A program made the translations under genes and the position numbers. DNA of 62,991 nt, the filler included, from Lenisia limosa (Eukaryota; Protista; Breviatea): NCBI GenBank assembly GCA_001655205.1. It is 9 parts of 9 records of this genome, joined end to end, with 100 filler letters (N's around TTAATTAATTAA, not from the genome) between each part and the next. Parts side by side here need not be neighbours in the genome. Positions count along the whole stretch, not along the records: positions 1 to 7,421 come from LPNZ01005405.1; positions 7,522 to 18,501 come from LPNZ01007161.1; 7 more parts are not named here. One strand, written 5' to 3'. Shown one piece after another: positions 1-11,675 of the stretch. The notes under the pieces are model-generated. The model was not told the DNA's origin. It saw only the letters and a list, made by a program, of their open reading frames with translations, and made no database searches. Each line of letters begins with the position of its first letter. The stretch's first letter is position 1.

Positions 1-269
1 AAATCATAAATGACACGGTTTCTCATAAATGACACGGTTTCCGTGCAGCAGCATATATTACTTGTTGTCATTTGGTATTGGTTCATAAGATCCACATATC
101 ATACAAACATTACACACTACTTGGGACCTTCTTTGCACTCTTCAACAGAATTAGAATTGAGAAACATATGTTGGTACAATATCAATCAATATAATAATCG
201 CAAACCGGGTTGGTGTCCAGAAACTGATATGTCGTTGCTTCCCTAAGATCATAAATAAAAAGGTAGCGT

Positions 270-1100
270 TAAACTTACTTCGGCATTCATGGTGGAGACC
301 AGGGGGGTATTTGGGGAAGTGAACTTCACCTTAAACAGTAAAAAAACTTCAATGAAAAAACAGAACACAAACTTTGGTTGAGGCTTATGTGGCCATCTCC
401 TGACCATAGCTGACCTTTTGACCATTTTTGAAAGTAGTTAAAAAGTGGGCTGATCTTCTGTTTTTTTTTAAAAAAAATCAAGTAATGAAGAGACGATAGC
501 GGACTCACTAGGGAGTGGCGGTGGTGGTGGGTAGCGTTGTGGGGGACATAGGGAATGTTGAGTTATAAATAGTTAAGAACATCCATATAATATATTCACA
601 AACTTGGCTCTTTGCGAGGGTTGAGAAGGGGGTGAGTGTTACGTAGAAGGGGGATTGATAGCCTTCAATGGAGAAGGGGCAGGAGCCTTAACTGGGGAAG
701 CGACAAGGTGCTGATAGATAAGCATTAGTATTCATAGCGCCTACACAGTAACAAACTCGTGTGTAATGGTAACAGAGAATTGATAGATTGTCTTGTTACG
801 GGTTCTTCAGCTTAATTTAAATCAGCTGCAAATCAGAGGAGAGGATATAGAGATAAAGGAAATTAGAGCAATAGGTTCAATAAATCCAGCGCAATCACTG
901 TCTATTCGTTAATTGAATATAATTTGCAACTAAGAAGCGACATAAATGCCCCAAAGGGAAGGGGAACGTGGTCAAGCTAAATGTGTAAGCTACCTTCTCT
1001 GTTGCAGCTGCTATAAACAATATGCATTAACGTAATTATCAATAAAATCAACCACAAGAATGCTCACTGAAGGTTCTCTGTGTCATCAACTTCTCACATA
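270..1100 (-). CDS. Multi-exon gene of unknown function, Pro-rich; probably runs off the window start
   Basis: Minus-strand segments bounded by AG/GT, e.g. VKFTSPNTPLVSTMNAE (~281-330) and YQHLVASPVKAPAPSPLKAINPPS (~640-715); no recognisable domain. Confidence 0.3.
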
Positions 1101-1429
1101 AGCCAGCTTATATCTCATACTTCGAAAATAATTAAATCCTGATACTGACTAATTTAAAAACTTCTAGATATATAATTCACTTTTTTTTGAAGGCGGGGGA
1201 ATAGTTATTAAAAGCAAAAGGTGGAATCGCCCAAATAAGACCAAAAAAACGAAAGAAAAAAACGGGGGAGGGGAGGTGCAAACCACCCTGCGAAGAGTTT
1301 TGGCTGAACTTTTGGTAACAGTGTCATCTCGGAACCCCATCTAGTGATCAATTTACCTCCATGTTCAAAGTTCAAAGTGGCAAGGTTTAGGGGTTTTAGG
1401 AGAGATTTGGAGTCAAGCTAAGAATTACA

Positions 1430-2209
1430 ATGAGTAACCATAATCAGGCGTCGCTTCTTCTTGCAAAGCAACTTCAAAGTATGTTTCATACAGTGAAATC
1501 GATGGAGCAACTCCTCCACGTTTAGTGAGTTATCATCATTGATCTAGTGTTGAACAAAACTCCAATAGAAGGTTTTTCTGCCGGCCTTGTGAATGAAGAC
1601 AATGTTTTTTCCTGGCAGGTACTTTGTTGTCAATTCTTCAATTCTTTATCCTTTTTAAAGCTGCTTCTTTAATGTTCAGGTTATGGTGATGGGTCCGCCA
1701 GACACCTGCTACGAAGGTTTGTTTTATGTTGTTTTGTGGCGCTGATTTAAGCAAATGTGTAGGGGGCTTTTTCAAAGCATTGATGACGTTCCCTAAAGAC
1801 TATCCCAACATGCCCCCAAAAATGCGATTCACCTCTGATATGTGGCACCCAAATAGTGAGGTACTTATGGAGCCTGGTTCACTATGTAGTTTACTTGAAT
1901 GGTGATGTTTGTATTTCAATTCTCCATGCGCCTGGAGAAGATGAGTATGGGTATGAGTCTGCATCCGAAAGGTGGCTTCCAATACATACTGTTTGACTTT
2001 CTCTGGTTTTTATCTTTAGATTGAATCAATTGTTTTATCAGTAATATCAATGCTTGCCTGTCCTAATTGCGAATCACCTGCAAATATTGAAGCTGCAGTA
2101 TGTTATTGAGTTCTTAGTTTTCCAGAAGGAAATGAGAGAAAACCCACTTGCTTTTAAAAAACGAGTTGGAAAAACAATTCGAAAGTCTCAAGAAGCTGCC
2201 TTTGATTAA
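1430..2209 (+). CDS. UBC7: Ubiquitin-conjugating enzyme E2, Ubc7/UBE2G family; 7 exons
   Basis: Manual splice through six GT-AG introns (69, 61, 46, 34, 29, 28 nt) gives MSNHNQASLLLAKQLQ...[85 protein letters not shown]...SQEAAFD*. It has the HPN motif, catalytic Cys and the acidic loop insertion typical of Ubc7/Cdc34. Confidence 0.93.
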
Positions 2210-2236
2210 GCCAATGGATAAATTCATGCGATATAT

Positions 2237-5200
2237 TTATTTCTTAATGTTTCTGGATTTGGCAAGGGTGCCTTCTTTTCTTGAAGCAAAAGCCTTGCCA
2301 CTCTTCAGTTTTCCAAACACATCATCAAGAAGTGTTTCTTTCGTCTCCTCAACTTGTCTTTTTGAATTTTTCAATCCAGACCTCTAAAACTTAAGAGAAA
2401 AAAAAATTGAGGAATACCAAAAGCGAACAACCATTTTTAAGTATTATAGCTTCGCTTACCCTCTTTCCTTGATCTTTCTCACAAATTTTCACTGATTTTG
2501 TCACCTAATATATAGTTAAATTTTGTTCGTAACTACCTTCTNNNNNNNNNNNNNNNNNNNNNNNNNNNNNNNNNNNNNNNNNNNNNNNNNNNNNNNNNNN
2601 NNNNNNNNNNNNNNNNNNNNNNNNNNNNNNNNNNNNNTTATTAAAAATATTCAAGAGGTCAGCCGCTGGAATGTTGGGGTCTTCACCAAAGAAAGTAGCC
2701 GTTTTCTTGAGCATTTCCTGTCCAAGTTTAACAGAATTTTCAATATCAGCAAGGTGAGATGAGGACTAATGAATGTAACACAAAACTGTTACAACAAATT
2801 TCTTCATTTTTTCCAAAAATTGATCATTTAAAACGTTAAGATTTGGCTCTATCAATTACAAAGAGAGCACAACTGTTCTTTGCTATTTCAATTTCTCTGA
2901 GTTTTTCATTCTGTTGAATTTCTATTTTAACTTTCTGTAGTCCTGCTAAGAGTTTACTCAGATCACACTGTATTTCTTGATCAGATACTGAACAGTTAAT
3001 TGAAGAGGAAGAATAACATATGTACCTCTGGTGGCTCCTTCAAGGCACTTGAGTTCATTTGTCCATGAAGCCACATCAGGCTGTTTTTTTTCCACAAGGA
3101 TTGTTAAATGCTGGAGAAGAGTTGATTTAGTATCAACCGATTTAATATCTTGCAGCTACACCATTACATAATGTTGTTAAACCTTTTTCAAAACCTCAAG
3201 TTTGAATCCTTGAGCTGCCCCTTTGGCAGTTCCTCCATTCATATAGTTACCTAATGCAAGGACAAGCTAGAATATCAGAAGATTGTACCCTTCTTTACTT
3301 GCATAACTACAACAAGACCTTTGCACTCTATCAGCGCAGAAAGGGATTCGTTGAGGGTTGAGATATCATTTTTTAAATCTAAGATTTTATCAGGAAAAGA
3401 GGCACAAAAAGAAAGAGTCCTTAAACGTGAGGTCAACCTGGGTATTCCTGCGAGCGAATTAAAAAGAAAACGAACATGTTTTATGAATGATTCAACTTTC
3501 CCCAATTGATCAGCTCCCTCATAGGAGCAAACAAGTTCAATCCCATTAAAAAGAGTATTAGGAACCTCATCTGCTGTTGGTGCTTGATTTGCAAGATTGT
3601 TAATATTCTCTAAGCTTAAGATATCATCATCAAGCTGAATTATTGCCTTTGCAATCTCAAAAGGTGGTATTTTAAATCGAGCAAGCATAATGGCTAAAAA
3701 ATAAATCGGTAAAAACATAAATAATTCTGAAGAAAATTGAACATAAAGATATTCTAATATAACATTTCCTACAGATGTTGTTACTACGTTTCATATCAAG
3801 AAGGGACACAGTTGTTTGTTTCTTTACTCTTAATAGTAAAAATAATAGGCAAGATGACCATACAATGTATCAACAACTTTCTTTTTGACAGGCTTCGTTG
3901 AGGTAAACAAACGATCGATCTAAATAGTCACAAAAAAGAGTTTCCACCTCATCCAAATCGAGCATACAGCGAAGGTCAGATGGTCTACTCCAAAGAGTGT
4001 TGCTTATCTGGGTTGTTAATTTTCAAGCAAAAAAACTCAAAAAATTCTGACTTTCATCGCGTTAATCTTTGTCCAATGTAACGGCTTCATTGAAACTCTT
4101 GGTCGAGAATTTTGTGTTGATGTTGAACTTCAAAATAATTTATATTAAAAAAAATACTTTTGAAAAAGTTCAAATCCTTGAAGAGGTGGACCTTTATCAA
4201 TTATTGTCAATAATGATAGCATATATATGATAATAACTGATTAAATTACACCCATGCCATATTTGTAATAAAAATGATTCTAAAGGTGGTTCAGTCGTTG
4301 TTATATTTTGGCAAATAAAGTGGAACTGTGGGTGCAGTTTCAAAATGACCCTTCTGGAAATTCCGCAGGGTAGATTATCATATGAAACAACTCATTTTAC
4401 ATGATAATTGTTTTAAATGGGTGAAAATGGCCTGGAATGTGCCTAGCCGAGGCTATATGAGGTCAATATTACAAAAACTAGACATGGAGCAGTTTTGATC
4501 GTGCGTAGTTAGCAAGAATCATACAAATTCTCAAATATAATGTTAAAACCGCAAAATGAAACATCCAAAATTGGAACAACCGAGGAAGTCGGGAAAATGG
4601 ACTTTTAAATTTTTCGCTATTATTATGAAAAAATGGAATTTTCCCGAATGGTTTTTAATCTCGTTCCCATAAGTGACCGCAGGGTATCGTATCAGTGACT
4701 ACATTTACATTTGAAGTTGAGCTAAATCAGATCTGAACCAGATCTTTTATCCCTATTTGTTTATTTTGTTTTTTTTAAGGTTTTTTCTCCTTTCAAATCT
4801 GATGTTCAATCAGCATTCATCATCAAACGACGTTTCTCGAATATTTTTTCTCTCTCTTTTCACCGTTATCCGTTCTGAAATTTCTTCTCCTAGAGGCTTA
4901 ACTTGATGGAGTTGAAACTCTTCTGATCCTGGAGGAAGAGGAATTGATGTTTGTGATGCTAAAATGCTATTTAGTAGAAAATCCTTGTTCAGACGAAAGT
5001 TTGTTTGAGCTGCTGACCTTCTCTTGGACTTTATTAGGTCTTTTAATGAATTGCCAAGGTAACCTCGTGATGCCTGAAAGTTGTGTTGCCAACCCCCCTC
5101 CAGAGGGCCTCTTTGTCGATTTAATGAGAGAAGAACAAGTTTGAACGCAAGTTGAAGAAGATCAATTTTCGAAGCTGTGCTAAATTTCTGCTTCCTTCTG

Positions 5201-5390
5201 CTCCTCTCTTCTTTTTGGTAGTATCATTTGGCTTAGATAAGATTTTGATGAGGAAATTAACCTTTCAGGATCTTCCCGTAAGATCTCTCTCAATTGCTGA
5301 ACGATATCCTTAGACCTGTCTGCTTTCTGCCTTCTTAAGCTTCTTGGGGATGGAGGGTTATTGGTAAATGTGTCTAAAAGGATTAATTTT
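2237..5390 (-). CDS. Formin (FH2 domain + C-terminal DAD); 5' limit uncertain
   Basis: Exons encode MKPLHWTKI, VSLLDMKRSNNI, IMLARFKIPPFEIAKAIIQLDDDILSLENI, LVLALGNYMNGGTAKGAAQGFKLEVLKK, DTKSTLLQHL and the DAD-like LLDDVFGKLKSGKAF...KK* (stop 2237-2239). Confidence 0.85.
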
Positions 5391-6895
5391 TGATTTGCTG
5401 TGTGGTGTCACTCTGTCTACCAAATGCATTTCTGAACTCAAATTATTACGTATTTCCAATTATTGGTTATATATTCTTACCCATATCGATATGGTTCAAA
5501 ACTGTCATATTTGAGAGGCACAAGGGAAACGCTTATTAGAAAAGAAAAATATGGCAAATGTCATATTTTTATGACAAATCTCATATTTTATATGAAATAA
5601 TGCCATATTTATATGAAAAACGTCATATTTATATTGGAAAAGTCATATTTACATGACATTTGCCATATTCGGCGAACGTCAAATTTTTGACATTCCTCTG
5701 ACATATCACCACCGTTTTTTCCCCCCTTATTACCCTCCTGTCACCCTTGTCCCGTAAAGGGTCATGATATTAGCATAAAATATGATATCGAAAATATGGT
5801 CGTTTTGGAAAAATATGACGAATTTCCCAAAAAATATGACATTTCCAATTTCTTTACGGTAAATGCTGTTCCCGAGGGGTGCATTTTCGAGGTTGGTTTA
5901 GGGACGTTCAAAGGGACGAACGAGGCATAGCCGAGTGAGGACCGAGGAACCTCCGCAAAACAACCGAGAAAATGCCTCTTGCCATTCCCGAGGAACCTGC
6001 GATACCCGACGAAAAATAGGAAATGTCATATTTTAAGGGAAATGGCCANNNNNNNNNNNNNNNNNNNNNNNNNNNNNNNNNNNNNNNNNNNNNNNNNNNN
6101 NNNNNNNNNNNNNNNNNNNNNNNNNNNNNNNNNNNNNNNNNNNNNNNNNNNNNNNNNNNNNNNNNNNNNNNNNNNNNNNNNNNNNNNNNNNNNNNNNNNN
6201 NNNNNNNNNNNNNNNNNNNNNNNNNNNNNNNNNNNNNNNNNNNNNNNNNNNNNNNNNNNNNNNNNNNNNNNNNNNNAAGTGATTTAAGGATGCTAAGATG
6301 TTATTTTGTAGAAAATCTTTGTTCAAGAAGCTTTGAAGGGTGATGACACTGAAGACGAAAGTGTGTTTGAGCTGCTGACCTTCCATTTGACTTTATGAGG
6401 TTCTTTTAATGATAAAATGAGCAATTACCAAGCTAACCTCGTGATGTTGAAAGTTGTTGCCAACCCCGCTCTAAAGGGCCTCTTTGTCGATTTAATGAGA
6501 GAAGAACAAGTTTGAACGCAAGTTGAAGATCAGTTTTCGAAGAAAACTTCTTGAGGTTGGTTAACTAGTGTTTCCTTCTTTTCAAAAAGGTTGCTTACAT
6601 CGACAAAAGATGACTCTAAGCGTCAGATTTCAAGAACTTTTCGGGATCCTTGGTGACACTCTCTAACGTTGCAGGGATTTTTGCTATCATTAGGCTCAAT
6701 TGAGCAATAAAGTGTACAAATAAATCAGCTGATCTTAAGATTTTGCTGTGCTAAATTTATGCCTCCTTCTGCTCCTCTCTTCCTTCTTTTTGGGCGTATC
6801 TTTTGGCTAAGATAAGAATTTGATGAGGAAATTAACTTTTTCAGGATCTTCCCGTAAGATCTCTCTCAATGGCTGAACGATCTCCTTAGACCTGT
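4940..6895. repeat. Diverged tandem segmental duplication: ~4940-5340 vs ~6279-6895 (also ~5715-5860 vs ~6995-7140)
   Basis: Long matching blocks, e.g. GGGCCTCTTTGTCGATTTAATGAGAGAAGAACAAGTTTGAACGCAAGTTGAAGA and CCCCTTATTACCCTCCTGTCACCCTTGTCCCGTAAAGGGTCATGATATTAGCA, each present twice; copy 2 carries ~200 nt more. Confidence 0.9.
5490..6048. repeat. AT-rich element with iterated (G/C)(T/C)CATATTT motifs and CCGAG motifs; possible DNA-transposon subterminal region
   Basis: About 10 copies of TCATATTT/CCATATTT in 5500-5680 and a cluster of CCGAG/CCCGA in 5870-6010; partly repeated at 6900-7140. Confidence 0.5.
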
Positions 6896-7339
6896 ATTTG
6901 CTATGATCATATTTTCTGACTTTTACCATATTTGGGCGTCATATGCGTCATATTTTTGACATTACGATGACGTGTCACCAAAGTTTCTTTTCTTTCCCCC
7001 TCCCTTATTACCCTCCTGTCACCCTTGTCCCGTAAAGGGTCATGATATTAGCAGAAAAAATGATATTTGTTGAAAAATATGGTCGTTTTGAAAAACTATG
7101 ACGAATTTCCCGAAAAATATTACATTTCCAATTTCCCGAGGGTATATGATGTTTGACACCAAAATATAATATGACAACTGTCAGATAAGTATTACAATTC
7201 TTTTTTTTGAGAGCATTTTTAATTTAAAAGCTCAATATAGCTAAAACAGAAGAAGCAACAAAAAACAATTCTTTTGATATATTACTCAAATTGAACTGAA
7301 CCGAGGTCATCCAGTTTCTCGAGTGGTACCCCCACGTAG

Positions 7340-7375
<36 letters not shown>

Positions 7376-7421
7376 GCAATGAGAAATAAAAAAAATAAGG
7401 TAGTATCTGGCCGAAGCCGTC

Positions 7422-7521
7422 NNNNNNNNNNNNNNNNNNNNNNNNNNNNNNNNNNNNNNNNNNNNTTAATTAATTAANNNNNNNNNNNNNNNNNNNNNNN
7501 NNNNNNNNNNNNNNNNNNNNN
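7422..7521. other. Artificial scaffold-joining spacer (N + TTAATTAATTAA + N); same spacer at 18502-18601, 22056-22155, 27001-27100, 29233-29332, 46577-46676, 60245-60344, 61372-61471
   Basis: Identical 12-mer with stops in all six frames embedded in ~100-nt N blocks, eight times; genes are cut off at these points. Confidence 0.95.
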
Positions 7522-10500
7522 TTTGGATCATGGAGTCTTCGAAGGTGTCCGAAGCCCCGTCAACCTGGGCCGTGAATATGTGCCATTCCTGATGCTGTTT
7601 TATGGGGTTACCAGTAGGGCTTCACTTCGGTTCGAAAAAAGACTGAATTTCTCCATAAATCCACGAAAATTATCGATATTTTACCTACAGAAGTGAAGCC
7701 TTAGTTACCAGAAACAAAGCCCTATTGCTCAATGTACTTCTCTCCATAGAGCAAAAGAGGAAAAGTAACCAAGAACTGACTTAATTCCAAATATCAGTGG
7801 GATCCTTGCAACTTGTCACTCGAAAAGAGGACATATTCAAGCCAAAGTAGAGAAGTGTTCATGTTGAGAGCTAGGAATACTATTTATAAAATCTACATAG
7901 TAAGACCCCCCCCACACACACATGTCATTATAGCCACCCTCTCCTACATATATATGCAATCTAGCCATCAAAGCATCACAAAGCACTTGCTCTCTCGCAG
8001 CCTGTTTCGCCATCATCTCATCCGGGGACATGTTCATGTTCTCGGCGAGCTCCACCACCGTCACTAAAGGGATGATAATGATGATGATGGTGATGGTGAT
8101 AATGATGATGATGACGATGATGATAATGATGATGGTGATAGTGATGGGTAAATTGTTTCCCAAACTAGACTCTAAATGAGGCAATCTGCATTATTCACCC
8201 CTCCCCCCCCTCCCACGTTTCCCAATGAACGGTTCAAATTCCTTCGAGCCAAATGCCATAGTAAAGAACTCGGACGCGTCAACAAAACTACAGAAAATTA
8301 TTGGGACCGTCCCACATCCTTAAGCCCCTCCCCCAAATGTCATGACGCCAGCGTACTTGCTGTCACCGACGACGGAATCGCCAAATTGGTCGTATTGCCG
8401 CCGGCGTACTGGGTCCGATAATACCTGATATGGTAACTGCAAATATAGTAACTGGCAGACAATGCCTGATATTGTAACAGAGGAAATACCAAATAGATTG
8501 CCCTCCTCCTCCCTGTAATCTTAGAGCTCCCAACCCAATTGATACCTAAAATGAGAAAAAACAATAATCATATACTACCCTCTCCCTCTACTTAATGCTT
8601 GGATGAATTAAAATTTTAGTATAATCCAATATCTCTGATAAGCGTGATGGAGTTTACGGCTTCAGCCAGACACAACCTTGTTTTTTATTTCTTATCGCTG
8701 GATATAACCACCCCACTTGATAGGCATTACTCAGCGCCTGGAACTCGTCATCAGAACCGCCTGAGTCAGGATGTGCCGACCTAAGAGCAGTTATACCAGG
8801 AAATCATACAAGTAGAAACAGATAGCTAGGTAATGTCCTTTCACCAAAAACAGTGCATACCTTGCCTTCAGAAGATACGCCCTTCGGATTGCAGCTGTGG
8901 AGGAATGTGAGATGAGTACCAAATGAAAACATATTGTTTCCCACTATAATTTAGATCTTCAGTGGTACCCAATCTTATTATCCTTCATGTTTTGAACTTG
9001 GCTTAGCCCCAGTCCAACCTTCACTCGCGCCTTTGGAAACATCGAGAATGCTGTACAGCTTGTAGGATACTGGGTCCTGGAAAGCGTCAGAAAGCGTAAT
9101 AAACACGCTGAGAAGAATCCGTAATAAACACGCTGAGAAGAATGTCGGCTAGCAATTGAAATATGAGAAGATGAGGAGAAAAAAAAAAGTTTTAGAAAGT
9201 GAAAGAGAGTAAATATGAGAGAGAAACATGTGGAGCAGAACAATGATAATCCAAGCCACCAACCTCCCCCATGCGACGCGGAGGGGTATGAGATTCCCTC
9301 TCGGAAGAGGAGTCGGAAGGCGATCTTGAAGCTTCCGACGCTTCCGAAGGTGAAGTAGACGGCATTGGTTCGGAGCGCTCGTGGATTAATTCTGACGCTA
9401 CCAACTGTCTGGCCTATGGGGGTAAAAATAGGGGTGCAATAATTGAACTATTTGACCTTGATAAAAGTATCGCTATTCATTCTTTCAGAGATTTCAGAAC
9501 TAAAGTATCGAAATTTGTATGTTTCACCAGACGCAAAAACCACAAGCACACCGCCTCATATTCCTGTTGCTCCTCCTCTGATGATTGGGTTGCCTCAAGC
9601 TTCTTTACTTCTGAAAGGTTACCAAGTTATTTTCAATTGAAGACATTGATATGAAAAATAAGATTGTGAATATCATGATTCAGAAATTAGGAGGCGGGAG
9701 CAGTGGAGAAAATGAGGATAGACGTGTCTACATTCATAATAAGAACATTTCAATACAGCTTACTAAGAACAAACATATTTTTTAGAACACACTTAAAAAA
9801 ACCCTTTGTTCACTTCAATGAATAGGCAGGACAATCCAATAGTGTTTCATTCACTTCAATGAATAGACAGAACAATCCAATAGTGTTCTATGCTACATAG
9901 CATATACTAATATAGTATATTATATGATATTGTAATACATAGTGTAACCGCAATCTATATGTAATCTCGGCATGAATTAGGATCGATCTAATATTAGATT
10001 GTAAAAATACTACACAGAATGTTGCCATTTTCCTTGATCCGAAGCCCTTGGTTTTCATTACACAAGTTGATAGCCCCAAACCATCACGCCGATTGCGGAT
10101 CTTCTTCTTCACATTTTGGATACTACTGTTGGCACCCTAATATTACCGTAACAGGAAAGCAGGTTCTAGTATTTCATTTGAAACACAATTTCCTGAAAGG
10201 AAATAATCGGCATGAATACAGTGTGAAGAATTCATATGAAATAGAGGAGTATGAATTCTTCATACTGTAAACATGAGATACTGTAAAGTTTTTCGAATAT
10301 ATAATACCCTGGGACAACGTAACCAACGAACCTTGCCAGCCTCAACCGCGCCCTTGCACACCCCTGCAATAGGCAGCAAAACTATCGACGCCACTCCTAT
10401 CGTGGAGTGAGGGGAGTAAAATTGGAAAANNNNNNNNNNNNNNNNNNNNNNNNNNNNNNNNNNNNNNNNNNNNNNNNNNNNNNNNNNNNNNNNNNNNNNN

Positions 10501-10920
10501 NNNNNNNNNNNNNNNNNNNNNNNNNNNNNNGCGCCGCATCCCACCCGGGGTGGGTAAGGGAATGGTGGGTTGCGTAATAGAGGAGGTATTGCAGAGTAGA
10601 GGAAACCCTGGGCTCTTACCTAGACCAACTCCGAGTGCGAATCCTTTTATTTTCTTCTCTTTTTTCTGCAATCGTCAGACCACTCCCTTCATTGTGCCTC
10701 TTTCCTCCAATATCACATCATTTCAGAAAAGATATCATATCATATTGATAAGAGAATACCATTTTATGCCTATAAAATGAATTTATCACCCCATCTTGGA
10801 CCCTTGCTCACTAAGCCTTTAATTGGCTCCATAATCAGCCCCGCCACGCCAAGACACACGCCAAGCAGCACGCTTTGCGCACCGTAAGCAAGTCCCCACA
10901 GTGCATTCTAAACTATGAGG
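7522..10920 (-). CDS. DnaJ (J-domain) protein with a Djp1/Caj1-like segment after the J domain and an N-terminal Gly-rich hydrophobic region; 3' truncated at the scaffold edge
   Basis: Spliced exons give YKLYSILDVSKGASEAAIRRAYLLKARSAHPDSGGSDDEFQALSNAYQVLSDPVRRRQYDQFGDSVVGDSKFVDASEFFTMAFGSKEFEPFIGK (HPD motif). Upstream exons: NALWGLAYGAQSVLLGVCLGVAGLIMEPIKGL, GFALGVGL, GVASIVLLPIAGVCKGAVEAG. Confidence 0.8.
7615..7703. mobile_element. hAT-like MITE family 1, copy with perfect 8-bp TSD GTTACCAG
   Basis: TAGGGCTTCACTTC...GAAGTGAAGCCTTA inverted termini; GTTACCAG at 7607-7614 and 7704-7711. Confidence 0.9.
8070..8150. repeat. Degenerate (ATG/GAT)n microsatellite in a DnaJ intron
   Basis: gatgataatgatgatgatggtgatggtgataatgatg run. 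Confidence 0.85.
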
Positions 10921-11675
10921 CCAAAATGGTTGGAAACAGGATGGTTCAATTCTGACGTTTGTCAAGAAGACAATGGATTGGAGGAAATTAATGTACATAA
11001 AGTAAATTGTAAACAATAAATAAATTCTGAAGAGAAAAAAAACCCCAAAAGAAGTATTTGAGGGGTGTCTTCTGAGAAGAATAACGTGTATACATCGATT
11101 CTCTGTGATTGTATGGGTGAGTTTTTTGAAAGCTCACATTCATTTATGTTGCAAATTGTACCAAAATGAACGGTTGAACACGAATTGAGAAATTGTTACC
11201 ATTTTGTTGAAAGTTAAGAACATTAAATGCTGGAATACAATGGAATTAAACCCAGCTATGGCTCTTGAAAGTTAGTTGAGCTACCTTTGCACAAGAGTAG
11301 AACGGGGGAAATGGATATATCCCCCTCTCCCAAATATAGTTTTCATAAAATCTGCCCCATCCACCTCACCTTAGGAGTGCGGAAAAAGGGCTTTGGAGAT
11401 CCTTGCGCCGAAGAAGGGCGTTCCTCATTGGGATCCGCCATTACTAAGGTGTTTCTTTAAGTGCCTCTATCTACTTTATATGGAGAAAATGATTCAGGAT
11501 TCAGGATATGGCCAAAAGACCAAAATAAAAATCAGGAATCAGTGAACCCCCAGGGTAGCTTAAATTAAATTAAATTGAATCCGAAACTCATCTCTAAATT
11601 GTCTCTAACCATATCATCATCACCACCTCCTTACTTCAAATATTTTAAAACGGCACTGAGAAGACTGCAGTCAAA

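Noticed and set aside
5979-6386. ORFs in the track that span N-runs (here and at ~16000, ~21500, ~27300, ~54500 etc.)
   Set aside because: Open only because X codons cannot be stops.
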